A stretch of DNA of 63,270 nucleotides, the filler included, from Basidiobolus meristosporus CBS 931.73 (lineage: Eukaryota > Fungi > Basidiobolomycota): assembly GCA_002104905.1 (NCBI GenBank). It is 3 parts of 3 records of this genome, joined end to end, with 100 filler letters (N's around TTAATTAATTAA, not from the genome) between each part and the next. Parts side by side here need not be neighbours in the genome. Positions count along the whole stretch, not along the records: positions 35,710 to 63,270 come from MCFE01000901.1; 2 more parts are not named here. The stretch is one strand, 5' to 3'. This document shows positions 39,455 to 52,549 of the stretch, piece by piece (the first letter of the stretch is position 1; every line of letters starts with the position of its first letter). The translations under genes were made by a program, and so were the position numbers. A model generated the notes under the pieces. That model searched no databases. It saw only the letters and a list, made by a program, of their open reading frames with translations, and was not told the origin of the DNA.

Positions 39455-39967
39455 TATCTAAGCACATGCATACTTGATATCATTTCATCTGGGAAGCTAT
39501 ACAGGATGCTTAACTATGTTGATGTATTGTTCTATTGGCAAAATGACTGCAGATGTATTCACAAAACCGTTAGCTGGTGACACATTTCAATATTTTAGAT
39601 TGCAATCCAGCCTGGCTAATGTGGAAATTTAGTTGAGTGGGAGTATTGTGGGGTTTGTAATTACACCGGAATATCTGCCACTTGAATCACAGGATATCAT
39701 CTTAGAGTATTCTGCCCAAATTCATTATTAGGACTTGGAATACTCCACCAAAATATTGGGTACCCGGGACATGCGAACATCTCGAAGTTGTCCAAAGACC
39801 TCGAAACATTGCACACATGCACTTGGGACCTTATATTCGATGTGCTTGTCTTGCCAAGACCAAGTAAAAGTGTAAATACCTCCTTTACATTCAATAAATC
39901 ATGAAGTGAAACCACATAACCTCCTTGTTCTCCCAATCACTTCCAATTTCTCCAAGCTCTTACAACG
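39455..39967 (+). mobile_element. Ty1/copia family B, copy B4: RNase H C-terminus, PPT (39631-39643) and 3' LTR (39644-39967)
   Basis: KHMH.*YHFIWE..YCSIGKMTADVFTKPL then agttgagtgggag PPT and an LTR matching 16018-16364. Confidence 0.8.
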
Positions 39968-39989
39968 GAGGCTGGTGTCTGTCTGGATG

Positions 39990-40900
39990 TGATTTGCTAC
40001 ATAAATCGTGAAGCAACTAGATGAGTGACTAATGCACACGCAGCAAAATAATTGGGAAATCCGACTGGAATATGTTTGCAATTGGGCTCCTAAGCACCTC
40101 ACTGGCCTTGCACCAGATGCGCCTATTGCCTCAAGAACCAATGGCCCAAGAATAGTTTGGAATATTGCACCGAGTGCCTTCTTGTCGATGGTCAGGACGT
40201 GTTGGTGAATGGCTGCTTTCAATCGGAATATCCTATGAGAATCCAGGCCTAAGGTGAGACACTACCACAGGTGTATTGTCATGATACCCTTGATCATCTC
40301 TAGAGTGGAGTTGGTACTGGACAGGCATGGAAAATATGACCAAAATCTGATTTCAGTCCAAGTCACATCCCTTGCTGATATGATTTAGAGGGGCATTCAT
40401 GGAGCGGAACCTTCCAACATGCTCATAGACTACCAGTGACACTGGCCAAAGCGGCCATTTGAAAACTCGAATTCTGGCCAAGTGACGGTAAAAATGGGAA
40501 TTTGTCAGCATGAGAAGTGGAAAAAGTAGGGAAACCCATTGCAAAGCATGAAAAATCCAGGTTGGCAAAAGATGAGCCAGGCTCCTTGCACAAACTACCG
40601 ATGGAGGGTAAGGTTTGTGGAGGATTTGTTTGGCATCAACTAGTCATACCGCGTCCAAAGTATAGTGAAGGTGGCCTTTCCTTGACTCATCACAAGCAAG
40701 AGACAACCCATCAGAAACGATATCGATCACATCATATAGAGTCCCCCCATCTACGTTCATTACGGCCCACTCAACAGGTTGGATTTCCTATTCAAATTAT
40801 TCATAGCAATGTTGATCACCTACTATGGGCCAGGATCAGGGGCCCAGGTACCTAGCTGACCAAAATATTGGAAAGTGATTATCAACCTTGATGGATGTCG
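39990..40900 (+). mobile_element. Highly decayed L1-like non-LTR retrotransposon RT region
   Basis: In order: VLVNG..GLR.(G)D, then FVWHQLVIPRPKYSEGGLSL, resembling the L1 RT motifs VLVNG..RQGDPLSP and W..V..PK..GGLG. Many stops. Confidence 0.5.
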
Positions 40901-41993
40901 TGAAGATCACACAAGTGCTCTGCCATTTTCGATAGCACTGGTGCGCACGGAAAATGACGACCGCACCATTTGGTGCCACTAGCTCGTTCACTTATCCACC
41001 TCCCCAGTAAGAAGGGATTATGGCTAGATCCAGATGCTAGACCCAGACGTAGCCGTAGCCGTAGCCACACAACCGGGCCATTCCGGCAAATGGAGGGCCA
41101 ACTTTGAGTAGGTCGCGGAGGGTACGGCTGGACCCGCCTAACCACCGATTCGTAGGAAGTGGTATTGGGAATGCTAATTCCACCCATGGATCCCTGTCCC
41201 ACCCAAATGAGCCCACGCCAAGATTCACTCATTTACATTCAGGTATCCCGCTGTGATGCATGGCAGTCTAATCCCCCCTCTCCCTCGAGAACCTCAATGT
41301 CTTTCAAGGCGGGCGGCCATTGGCATTTGAATCCAAGTCATGTGCTGAGGCAGTGCACCGATCCGACACCGGTCGTAGGGAGCCTTCTAAGGATTGTCTA
41401 CTGAACAATCCAACTGGACGGAATCCGGTTTCACAGCCAAGAGCGGTGTCACTAAGCCTGATGCCTAGCTCGAATAGGCATCACTTCGTCTTTCACTAGA
41501 TCCAGCAGCAGCCACCAATCCTGACCCGGAATGCGTGTCTGGGGTGGCAGTTCCTATCCCGTAGCCCAACCCAGCAGTGTGCCTCTTCAACTGTTAGCTT
41601 TATATCCGCACCAACCTCCCGCATTCCCTACCCGCCTTGTAATTAGTCACCCGCTCATTTTTGTTGGACAAGTTTTTGGAAGCCACCGTGTACATTACCA
41701 CCCTAACCTTACCCTAAACTTACCCTTACCCTTGGTGTCAGTCCGCTGCTTGTCGCTCAACACCACCTTTTTGTGAAGACCCCCCCCCCTTAATGAAACA
41801 ATCGCTGCTCTGTGCCTAACTGCAGATCGACTCGACCATAATTCTTGGTAAACTAGTATAGTCTGTATTTGCGCGGGTTGCCTAGAGGCCCTTGTAGAAC
41901 ATTTGCTCACCAGACGACTTCGAAGCGTTTGCGGTGCTACCTAACTAACAAACCCTTATCCCCTCGACTCCACCGTCCGCGTCAAACGGAACT

Positions 41994-43874
41994 ATGAAGG
42001 TGGACTACCCACCCACCCCCAAAAGCTCTGCCGGCGAGTTCACGACCCCCTCCGTGGTCGTGGAAGAAGCACCCCCAAAGGCCATAAAACAAGCCAAACT
42101 GGGCATGGTAAGCACCGTTGCACTACCCCCAGGCAGCCATCACTTCGTCCTAATCCCTGCGGTAATTTAGGGGTTCTCCGTCCTCTACGAGGATCGCAGT
42201 CAACTGGTCAAACTGACCCGGTATTCTCAGCATTTCATAGAGCTGGATCAGAAGGTGAATAGGCACTTCCCCTCGAATTATTCCTCCGACCAGCCCTTAA
42301 CCACGCTTCAGTTTAAACAGGGGTTTCCGAAGAGCCGACCTCCACTGCCCCCTCTGGAAGAACGGAAGAACCTGATCTCCCGACAATACATCCGGAAGAA
42401 ATCCAACGTCGGAAAGCTCCACGACTATCTGAATCGGGTGGTTCACGACCCGAGGCTTAGGGCCTCCAAGGTTTTCAAGGAGTTCCTTTCACTGCAACAA
42501 GATGGCGACAGCAGACACAAGAAGGAGCTGAGCATCTCTGAGGAGCTCTCCTCCGATGAAAGCCTGACCACATCACTGGCGGCCACAATGGGAGCCAAGC
42601 TGACTTTGGAGGACTTCCATCTGATCAAGGTCATAGGCAAGGGTTGTATGGGAAAGGTAAGCATTCCACTGACCCCAAGAGTCGTCAGAATCTAAGCCTT
42701 CTCTCCAACCAGGTTTTACTGGTCCGTGAGTACGCCACAGGAAAGTTGTTGGCATTGAAGGCGATCTCGAAGGAATGGGTGATCCTACACCGGGAGGTGG
42801 AGCATACCAAGTCGGAGCGGAACATCCTGGCCACCGTCACCTCGGTTCAGCATCCATTTCTGATCCGGCTGCATCACTCGTTTCAAACGAATTCCCAGCT
42901 TTTCCTCGTGCTGGATTACTACCCTGGAGGGGATATCGCTACTCAGCTGGGGAAGTGGCACTCGTTTTCCCCGGAGAGAAGCAAATTCTATGCTGCCGAG
43001 ATAGTTCTAGGTATTCAGGAATTGCACCGTCTTGGGATCGTCTACAGGTGAGCGCCGTTTCTACAACCTTAGGGCCCGGAGCCATCCATGCACTCCTCTA
43101 ACCTGATTAAGGGATTTGAAACCAGAGAACATCCTCATAGCCGACGACGGGCACATCGTTCTTACGGACTTTGGCCTCTCAAAGCAACTCTCCAACAGCA
43201 ACTATCAATTCAACCCCCCTACCACAAATACCTTCTGCGGCACGGCGGAGTATCTGGCACCTGAGGTGTTAAGAGCCGAGGACTATGGGTTCCCAGTGGA
43301 TTGGTGGAGTTTAGGAACCTTGCTCTACGAGATGCTCACCGGGATTGTTAGTATCCGGATAAAGAATAAGCTTCTATTTGAGGAGTTCGCCACTAATCCT
43401 GTCTGTTTGCAGACGCCGTTTTGGGCAGAAAACCATGCCCATATGTATCAACGCGTTCTGCAGGATGAGCTGGAGTTTCCAGAGGAGCTCGAGGAGTCGG
43501 CGGTGAGCTTTCTTACCGAGGTAAGTCCAGGCCGTGTGGATTCCCGCCTTATCCGTAACCTGACCCCAGCACCTTGCTAGCTACTGCACCGAGATCCACG
43601 TAAGCGACTTGGGGCAAACGGTGCGGAGGAAGTCAAGTCACATCCCTACTTCGCCGATATCGACTGGGAACGACTGTACAATAAGCAGGTGGCCAGTCCC
43701 TATGCACCACCACTGAGTGACGAGCAGGATCTGTCGAACTTCGACGAGACGTTCCTGGAAATGACGCCGCGCCTTTCCCCACCAAACCACCACCTGAGCT
43801 CCAGTATTCAGGATTGCTTCTCCGGGTACTCCTTCACCGCAAACCACCCGCTCCAGGAAAAGTACCCGATTTAA
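41994..43874 (+). CDS. AGC-family Ser/Thr kinase with N-terminal PX-like domain (SGK/Ypk-like), six exons
   Basis: PX-like segment [48 protein letters not shown]. Kinase motifs GKGCMGK|V, ALK, YR|[28 protein letters not shown]-tail PYAP..DLSNFD and hydrophobic motif FSGYSF. Five GT-AG introns keep the frame. Confidence 0.92.
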
Positions 43875-45121
43875 AGTGAACGAAGCCAGGCACCATGCAC
43901 TCGGCCCTTCCGTACGAACGAATCGCCTTGGTTTGATACGTTTGGTCAGCCTTATTCTTCCTGCCGGATAGCCATACCACTAGTCTATACTTGCCTTCCA
44001 ACTATGTTTAACTGCCTTTTAAGTCATGAATATTATGTACCATGTAACCTGTAACTAGCAAACTCGGCTGAACGCCGTTCATTAAAATCCCCCTTGAACA
44101 TATTGATTGCTCTGGCGGCCTTCCATGGAATTGGCATCAGCGAGCGATGACCAGATTTACGTTACGGAATAAGGCGGCCTCGGATATCTATTTCGGAACG
44201 ATCTGGCTCTGGTACTATCGGTTCCCAGCAACTCCGTAGCGATCGGCTCCTAAGAGAATTGGACCCGATCAACAACCGGAATTGGGATCCGATTCCTAGA
44301 ATGACCGACTGATCAAGCACACCCACGCTTCGCCTAATATGGCAATCCATTGTGGCTGAAAAGAACACCAATGAAGGCAGATGGCCGTACGGTGAGGTCA
44401 ATCCAACATGTCAGCCAACCCATCGATGCATCAGCCTCCAGACCCTCGACTGTTTCCTGAGGCAGGATCGACTACCCCGTCGGCATTTCACCCACAAGGC
44501 TGGAGTGGACTCACCACCGCTTGGCCCCAGCCCGCAACTGCTTGGACGCCAGGAACTTGACCTCTGCGACGATCAACCCAATACCTCTCCTGCACTAACA
44601 CCACCCAAAGCGACCGATCGGCTACCGGACACCCTCCCCACCAGCCAGGATGACACAAGGAATCCCCACCCCCCTAACGTTGTCGCTCGGCAGTCCCACG
44701 AGCACCTCACGGATCATTGGCCAAGTGGATGCGAAGGGCTGGAAGGCGGCCATTGGAGACAGTCGCCGGGTAGACGGTAAGGGGGGATGGGATTGGTGAG
44801 TATTTCGGGATGCTGGAAACTACACATATACATTTTTATTTGGAGAATAGGCAGAGATTAGTGGACGCGATCCATGGGATGTTACAAATTACATAGTGGG
44901 GTAAGATTAGTGTGACGGGGCGGGTCGGGATGAATGGATGGCAGAAGGACATGACCACCGAATGCGGAAGCGGTGCCGATGCGGAATGAAGGCAGGGTCG
45001 ATGGGAAGAATGCTGGGTGCGCTGGGTGCGGGTGCGGGTGCGGGTACAGGTAAGGTTGCCATGCGAATGTCTGGTTGGGTGGTTGCCGGCGAGGCTCTAC
45101 ATGTGAGGGGATGGTGGCTGC

Positions 45122-46575
45122 TCAAAAGGTAAGGGAAAGCGCAATGGGGTCGGACACCTTGGCGATCTTGGTGCTGGTCATCTCTTTGCCTTCGAACGTC
45201 TTCGTCTCGATCACATTCATGGAGATCAGGTCTAGGTAGGACACAAGGCTGTGTGCGGTAATCTGGTCTCCGTTGTCAGCTAGTGGGATAGGGGCGCTCG
45301 TCTGCTCCTGACTACTTTCAATGTACTCTTGCCACTGGCCGCTCTCGAACTTCTCCCGGGGCATTTCCAGGCATCTCCCATGCTTCTTCATCATCTTCAA
45401 CAGACCGGGCTCCTCAATAAACTGGGGTCTACTGACGTAGAGGAATGGCTTCTTATGTGCGATGCATTCGGAGCATGTTCCGTAACCCTAGAAAACCATC
45501 CATGAGTACCGACAGATCCAACCAAACAACACCACTGCGCATGCTTACCAATTTACCCAAGACGGCGTCTGCAGCGTTGGTGAGATCTGGAACAAAGGCG
45601 CCCATCCCTGCGTCGTAGAAGTTCGCGGGCAAGGAGTTGGGTGGCAACTTCAGACCACACACAACACCAATCCAACCGTCAGGCAGGGAGTCTTTCAAGG
45701 CCTCCTTGCCCATATGCTGCCCGCCAAACGAGACCAGCAGGACCTTTTTGGTGTGGATCAGGTTGTCCGGGATCCCTAGACCGCGCAACACTTCGTGCCG
45801 TGGGGTAACGGCTTTGCGAACCACCAAAGGCACATCCACGATCAAGTTGGTGCGGTTCGAGCCGTTCTTGATATAGCGCCAATTCCCGTCAAACGACGGG
45901 ATGGGGATATGTCCGGGCAGGCGAAATAACACGTTGGCTTTTTTGTAGTCCTCGACAGCGATGCGCACCAGCTCTTCGATCGTCTGGTCCAACTCGTCAC
46001 CTTCCCGTAGCCATTCGTACACCATGTCAAATGTGAAATTACTGATAATGCAGGTGGGGATATTTAGGGTGGATGCAGCCGCGCTAAAAAGCCTGGGGTT
46101 AGCTTCTCAGTAGGACACAACTCGCGACAGAACACTTACCATGGAATAAAGGGTGCGTCTACCAGCACGCACTGGGCACCCACTGATTTGAGCCAGGCTG
46201 CTTCGCTCTCAACAATGCCCTCTCGGGACTCTATCAGAGACTGGAGGTCCTGGATGGTTTTTTGACGGTCAACCACGTATGGCAGCGGCTGCGATACTGT
46301 GGAATCGATGAGGGCGTTACGATAAACACAACGTGTGGGGGCTATTTGTATGGTGGACTCGAAAATGAATCTGGGTGCGTGGGAAACGATATAGACCCGG
46401 TGGTTGCGGGAGGAGGAAAGTAATTGAGAGATGATTTGACAAACTCGAGTAGCGTGGCCGTAACCTAAACAAGGAATCAATACCGAGCCTAGCCCAAACG
46501 CATCTCCAGCATAGACTTACCGTGTCCGGAAACGTAGTAGCAAAAAGTGTATGAGTAGGCTTTAGTGTTGGCCAT
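45122..46575 (-). CDS. GT-B-fold protein resembling the N-terminal domain of plant L-arabinokinase (no GHMP kinase domain), four exons
   Basis: YYVSGH|GYGHATR, DAPFIP|C, SNFTFD, LLVSFGG, KL|GYGTCSEC, FIEEPGL. Three GT-AG introns join in frame. Confidence 0.82.
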
Positions 46576-49500
46576 GGCGTTGGGGAGATCACTGATGGTT
46601 GCAGGTAGCAAGAGGTGATCAGTGAGAAAGGGGTGAGCTGGGTGGAGAATACTACAATGGAACAAAACAGAACCGAGGAGAGAGATGACTGTTGGATGCG
46701 ACGAATGGTTTATGCAATCGGACAAAGGGCGAACGAGTTTCTATAAACCAACCAAATACTGATGGAAAAGCAAGAATCAGAGGTTGGATATATATTGGGC
46801 ACACTCTTGCCATTTATTTGCTTTGAAACAAATTGGATCTGATCTCCTTACGAATGGATTTCCTTAATAGTCCAGATTACCTCGCCTCTCACCACTTTTC
46901 ATTAATTTCGGGACGGGCGATTGGCGGAATCTGTCGAGACAGATCTATTACCTTGTCGTATGATAAGTGTATTTTTAGCCAAACAGGAAATCATTTGAAT
47001 GTGGAGGGAGCAATATACATTCCGCTGGATATGGTATGCGACTGGCCCTATAACTGTCCCATTCATGGCTACGGGCCAAATTGAAGTGGATTATCGACTC
47101 GGAAGAATGTTCGAAAGTTTGATCGCTTGTGACTGATGGTAGCAGGGTCGGAATCGGCCAATGGCACCCTCGCCCATATGTGGCCCATATGTGGTTTGAT
47201 GAATTAATTAAATGAGCGCCAAATCGGATTTTCACGTTTCTTGGGATTAAGAATAATACCAATTGCAGTAGCTCACTGGATGTTGGCTTTATTGCCTGAC
47301 GGATGAGCATAGATAAGCATTCTCTGTCTTCGGGCCACCGACTGTCTTGGCATCAAGGCATACGGCGACCTCATGAAGGCCCATCGCTTACCGCACCGTA
47401 TCCCCATTTCATACCGGAATGGTGCTGACTGCTGCGACACCAGGGAAGGATTCCCAACGGCGTAGCCAGTTGAGTCAACCAGAGGCCCTCTAAAGAGATG
47501 CATGCTGGACTAGATCACTATCCAGGTTCATATCGCGGTATGTGAGCTCCAGCTTTCCAGAATCGTCACAACCCAGCTCGACTGCATCGATTAGGGAAGC
47601 TCCGCCAACCCTCCATCCAGTACAGTGGGGTTTATTTTTAAATCTCCCGTTTGGCCAACCTGTTCAATACCGTCCCCAATCAGGCAACATCTCGGTATCA
47701 GCCACAACCTAAAAATAACCCACTGCGAGGTGGTTAATTCGTCATTACAGTGCCGGGACTACGTGTGCGCCCTCAAACATACGGCTTGGTGATCCATCAG
47801 CATATGACCACAGCGAGAATCAACCCGACGCTCAACTGCATTGGCCGACTGCAAACTGATGTAGGAAGCTGATAAGGAGGGGTGGGTGGGGTGTCGAGTT
47901 GGCGCTTACTTTATATATATAAGTATGCATACACACCTCTTACCTTACATACTCCAGAGAGCATCGGCAAGGATTCTGACGTCATGCCCTCGATCGCCAT
48001 GTTGTAAGCTATTCGTTGGTTACTCGCCACGTATCTGGTCAGGTCCAGGGACGCCAAAAAGAACAATGATGAACTTTACCGACGAGCTCCGTAGTACCAA
48101 ACACAGTCTATATGAGGAGTTGGGTTCAGAGGGTGACCACACACGCTCTCTACCCATCCGCCTTTCAACCAAAGGGGTTGCAAGCTAGCAAGGAGGGAAT
48201 CCCGCCGATCCATATCTGGATAGCTCGATAAGCGCCAATCTGATTTAGAATTGTTGCCTCACACAACCTGATTGATTAATCTGGATCATACAGCCGTGTT
48301 ATTCAGGAGCTCTACAATCATCCACATCTTCGATAAATGGATGTTGATGGTGGATTATGAACCGACATCCGTTACGAGATTTGGATCGCGGTAACCAACA
48401 TCGATGAGACTGGCTTCGGACTTCTTGGTGGTTCATAGCACTCTTTGCGGAGCCAAATCGGCGTTGCACAGAACGTGATGTTTATAATGGGTGGAGTCTG
48501 CGTGATAAATATCTGTGTTGGGACCAGATGCTCTCTACCGGAGAGCATGTCAGGAGACAGTGATATCACTTTCGGTAAGCATTTCGTATGGATCATTCAA
48601 CTGCCATAAAAAATGGAGCTTTGGAAACTAGACCCCATTAGCCACGAGGCTACAACATTGCAACTGGTTCAAGTGACATGAACGGTCCCCTATCCCGTCT
48701 GAGGATAGGCGAGATGCTATTTGGCTCTGACTGTCGTCTTAGCACGTTCGCCAACCCTGGTTCAAGATGGCATAAAGGGCATTTACAGTGGAATCGTCTT
48801 CAGCAATGTCTACTATATAAACACTGTATGAACACTTGCTCCCCATCACAACATCGTAGCACAATTGTCAAAACCTAGTTTACTCGGATGATTAGCTAGC
48901 CAGCTTGGCCTATTGCCAACGTTGCAATGGCTCTATTTAAGTTTGTTTCCCGCAGCCTGCCCTCCCCCTCCATTTGTGACACGGGGCGGGACTTCGGGAA
49001 GAGTCGCCACTGCCAATTGGAAATTACTTACTTCGGGAGTTGAATATAGTTAATGTGTGATAAGATGGTGAGGTAGAGCGGAAAACTTAATCCTCACCAA
49101 TCTCCGATACCATCGAGAGATGGGAAAGTGTTCCAATTCCGACCAGTCAATTCATTGCTGGGTGCTGCTGGGTACCTTCTTAACTCTGTCAACCGTGGTG
49201 GTACAAATGTCGAAGAAAGCCAATCAGCTCTCCGGAGCGGGAGAGGGAAATTTCACGAATTGCTATGCGTTCATGGTGGATGGTCAGCCTATGATGTTTG
49301 GTCCTGGAGGCCTTCCCCCCAAATCTAGGACTACTGTGTTTGTTTAATAACCAGATTTAAATATTGTGCCCTGAAGTCACAGGAAATCCGCAGGATGTTC
49401 AACCCAAATGCGACCAAGCTCTTCTTCAGAAAACTCGAATGTAGTGGCCACCGTACAACGGAATGGGTTGGGTGGATCCCTCAGAAAGCTAAGGCGTGTT

Positions 49501-49619
49501 TACCGTGTAGATACAGAGGATTGCGATGTGGGGTACACTCGACGGATCCATTATCGCTAGATCAGATTCACCAGACATAGTGGATTAGAATCTCCAAACT
49601 CATGATCTATGAAATCGCT

Positions 49620-50000
49620 GCCTGTCCCGTCCTCATTGCCGTATTTGCCACTCTTCGTGTCATTCTTCACGTGATCGAGGTCATTCTACGCGCAAGCATC
49701 TACCAGAGAGATTGGATTTGTCAGAGTCCTCGCTGACTAATCGGATTCCGCTACACCGTAAGGAAATAGTCAAGGAGAAGGAAAAACTGTCGCTGCGTTC
49801 CAAGAAGTCGCCGCAGACACGTGACCAGGTTGGGGGCTTCCGGCAATCCCAAACCCAACTTGCGCACAGAGGTACATACGCACCAAACACCGGCGCTCGA
49901 ATAGGTGGCTGGAAATGGTGAATCCGGTTTTCGACGGATGACGCGAGCCCTTGCCCGAAGATGCCCTAAACACCTCACGATCTGAGGCAAGAGGGAGACT
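49620..50000 (+). mobile_element. Possible decayed LINE ORF1 zinc knuckle / endonuclease start
   Basis: RPHCRICHSSCHSSRD (near CX2CX4HX4C) followed in frame by ARIGGWK, similar to the APE N-terminal LRIGSWN. Weak. Confidence 0.25.
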
Positions 50001-50730
50001 TCCCTCTACACAAGGGATGCTCGGTCTAGATGGGCTTACTACCAGCAATTTTCACTGATTCGGAGCGACGTAACACACACCGCATTTGCCCTACGACGTC
50101 ATCCACAGACATCGGATTATCATAAGAGATGATCCTTGTGTAATCGTCAACAACAACCTGGAAAGTAGTTGGGAACGGAACTCAAGGATTTACGGAACTC
50201 AAAAATCCGGCAGCTATTCGATGTTTCTCCAGAAGCACAGCCTCGCATGCTGAAGATCGCAGTCGTTTCGGGGCAGGAAACAGGTGACAACGCCCCAGTA
50301 CGTATGTCAAACAGGATATCCAACCCTACCGAGGGGTGGGGTAACTATGGCGGGGAGATGGCCACCCCAATTCACACTCGTCCAGCAATATCAGGAGTGC
50401 GGGCGGAAGTCGGCTTGTTGGTGAGTGCTCTTCATTAGCTTGATTTGTCAAGTGGAGTTTTCTCGCAATTCCAAAGAGTATTCGAGTGCTCGCTTAATCT
50501 CCCTACTTTTACCCGTAAGCACCCCCAAATCAATCCGTGGTGCAGTTGTATTACATAGTGTGGTTAGGCCGATTAGTTGGGTCAACTCAAAGCCATCCTT
50601 CGCCCTTAATTAGTGCGACGAGGGATGGATGTGGAATTAGATCATATTAAGGCCTGGGGTGTGATGGCCATATCGAAAGATATAAAAGTCCAGGCGGATA
50701 TCACTGCTCTCACAAATCACTCCTCACATA

Positions 50731-51919
50731 ATGGCTGTCACCACCACCCCTCAACAAGACAAAGAGACCTCCATCAAGCATCACGGAGAAGATGTTATTG
50801 TTGAAGAGCGTAACTTGCTCAAGAAATTGACAACCAAGGACAAATCCCTCAATAAAAACGCGGTGGATGAGTACTACAAATACTGGACGGAGGATGAGAA
50901 GAAAAACTTGGACACCTATGACGAGCACGTCGAGAAACGTCGTGCTGACGCCTCCTACCTCACCAACAAGTTCTACGATTTGGTCACCGATTTCTACGAA
51001 TACGGCTGGTGCGAGTCCTTCCACTTCGCACGCGCCTTCAAATGTAAGATCCGTCCCGATGGTGATTGTTGATGACGTCGCAAACCCTCTAACCTTTCTT
51101 TCAACCCTAGTTGACAAATTCACTGACTCCATCAAGCGTCATGAGCACTACATTGGCTTGAAGCTTGCGTTGAAGCCCGGTATGAAGGTTCTGGATGTGG
51201 GTTGTGGCGTCGGCGGTCCTCTCCGTGAGTTGGTTCGCTTCACTGGTGCACACATCACTGGGCTGAACAACAACGACTACCAAATCGAACGTGCCCAGAA
51301 GTACAGCGAGAAGTGTAACCTCCAGGAGTTGACTGCTTATGTCAAGGGAGACTTCCTGAACATCCCCCTCAATGATAACTCCTTCGATGCTGTCTACAGT
51401 ATTGAAGCTACCTGCCACGCTCGCAAGCTGGAGGATGTCTATGGGGAAATCTTCCGTGTTCTGAAGCCAGGATGCCAGTATGCTTGCTACGAATGGTGCA
51501 TGACCCCCAAATACGATCCTACCAACCCCGAGCATAAGCGCATCGCCCTTGCCATCGAGGAGGGCAACGGTATCTCCCATCTTTACACCACCGAAGAGTG
51601 CCTTCAAGCGTTGCGTAACGTCGGCTTCGAGGTTATTGAGTCTGAGGATGTGATCAGCCCCAAGCCCTCTGATGAGCCATGGTACAAATGGTTAGAAGGC
51701 TCGGCATTTTCCAACTTCCGTATGTCATCTGTTGGAGCTTGGTGCACCATGAATATGGTGAATGTCCTGGAAAAGGTTGGCTTTGCCGCCCCTGGTTCCA
51801 CACAGGTATCGAAGCTGTTGTATGAGGCCAATGTTGCTCTTCAAAAAGGTGGCTCGCGTGAGTTGTTCACCCCCTCTTTCTTGTTCGTGGCCAAGAAGCC
51901 CGAGCAAGCTTCTGCCTAA
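50731..51919 (+). CDS. ERG6: Sterol 24-C-methyltransferase (SMT), two exons (intron 51044-51110)
   Basis: YDLVTDFYEYGWCESFHFA, RHEHY, SAM motif VLDVGCGVGGP, GLNNNDYQ, YSIEATCHA, EIFRVLKPG, YEW, IEEGNGI, C-terminal LFTPSFLFVAKKP. Confidence 0.96.
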
Positions 51920-52549
51920 AAACCTCGTATAGCTAGCTCTTCGTAAAATGTATCATCTAGTACTGTGGTCTCACTCCCCCAAACTCTTCTAATTTACCCC
52001 TCGTTTTCATTAAAAGCCTTTTAGCATCACAACGAATTTCATTCGCGGTGAGGCATTCGTGGACACCAACCTTCGATCCAGCCCTCACGAGGGTACTTCG
52101 GATGTGCAACCGTACCAGACATACTAGCACTGGCGGTGTCGTATCAAGAAGTGGCACGGGGTTGGACAATTTCGCTATTAGGCGGTGGTGTGGGAATCTC
52201 ACCAGGGACAATGGAATATCATGGAGCCTGTACGTGCGAGGTGTAGTTGGCACTGTTACCCAACTCCAATGGGCTACCGTCGTCTTATGCAGCTTCAGCT
52301 TAAAACGCCGCTGTATCAAGAAGCCCCTTACAACTACAACTATTTTTGGTGTGCGTACAACCCTCCCAAAACACTAGCATGTGTACATAGAATCTACCCA
52401 AATCCTACCCGATTAACCAAGGTCTGTCCAAATCTGGCCCAATGATCAAGGCTACACACCTCACAAACCGGTGAATTTAATATACTTGGTATAGAGCAAT
52501 GCAGCCAGGCACAGGTATTAAACATAAACCAATATCTCAGCCGAGATGC

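Noticed and set aside
44162-45132. ORFs between the kinase and the GT-B gene, including a GCGGGT microrepeat
   Set aside because: Overlapping short ORFs on both strands with no motifs; consistent with convergent 3' UTR/intergenic DNA.
48361-48430. NIDETGF resembling a Tc1/pogo DDE motif
   Set aside because: Isolated 7-aa match followed by a stop; no other transposase motifs or TIRs.
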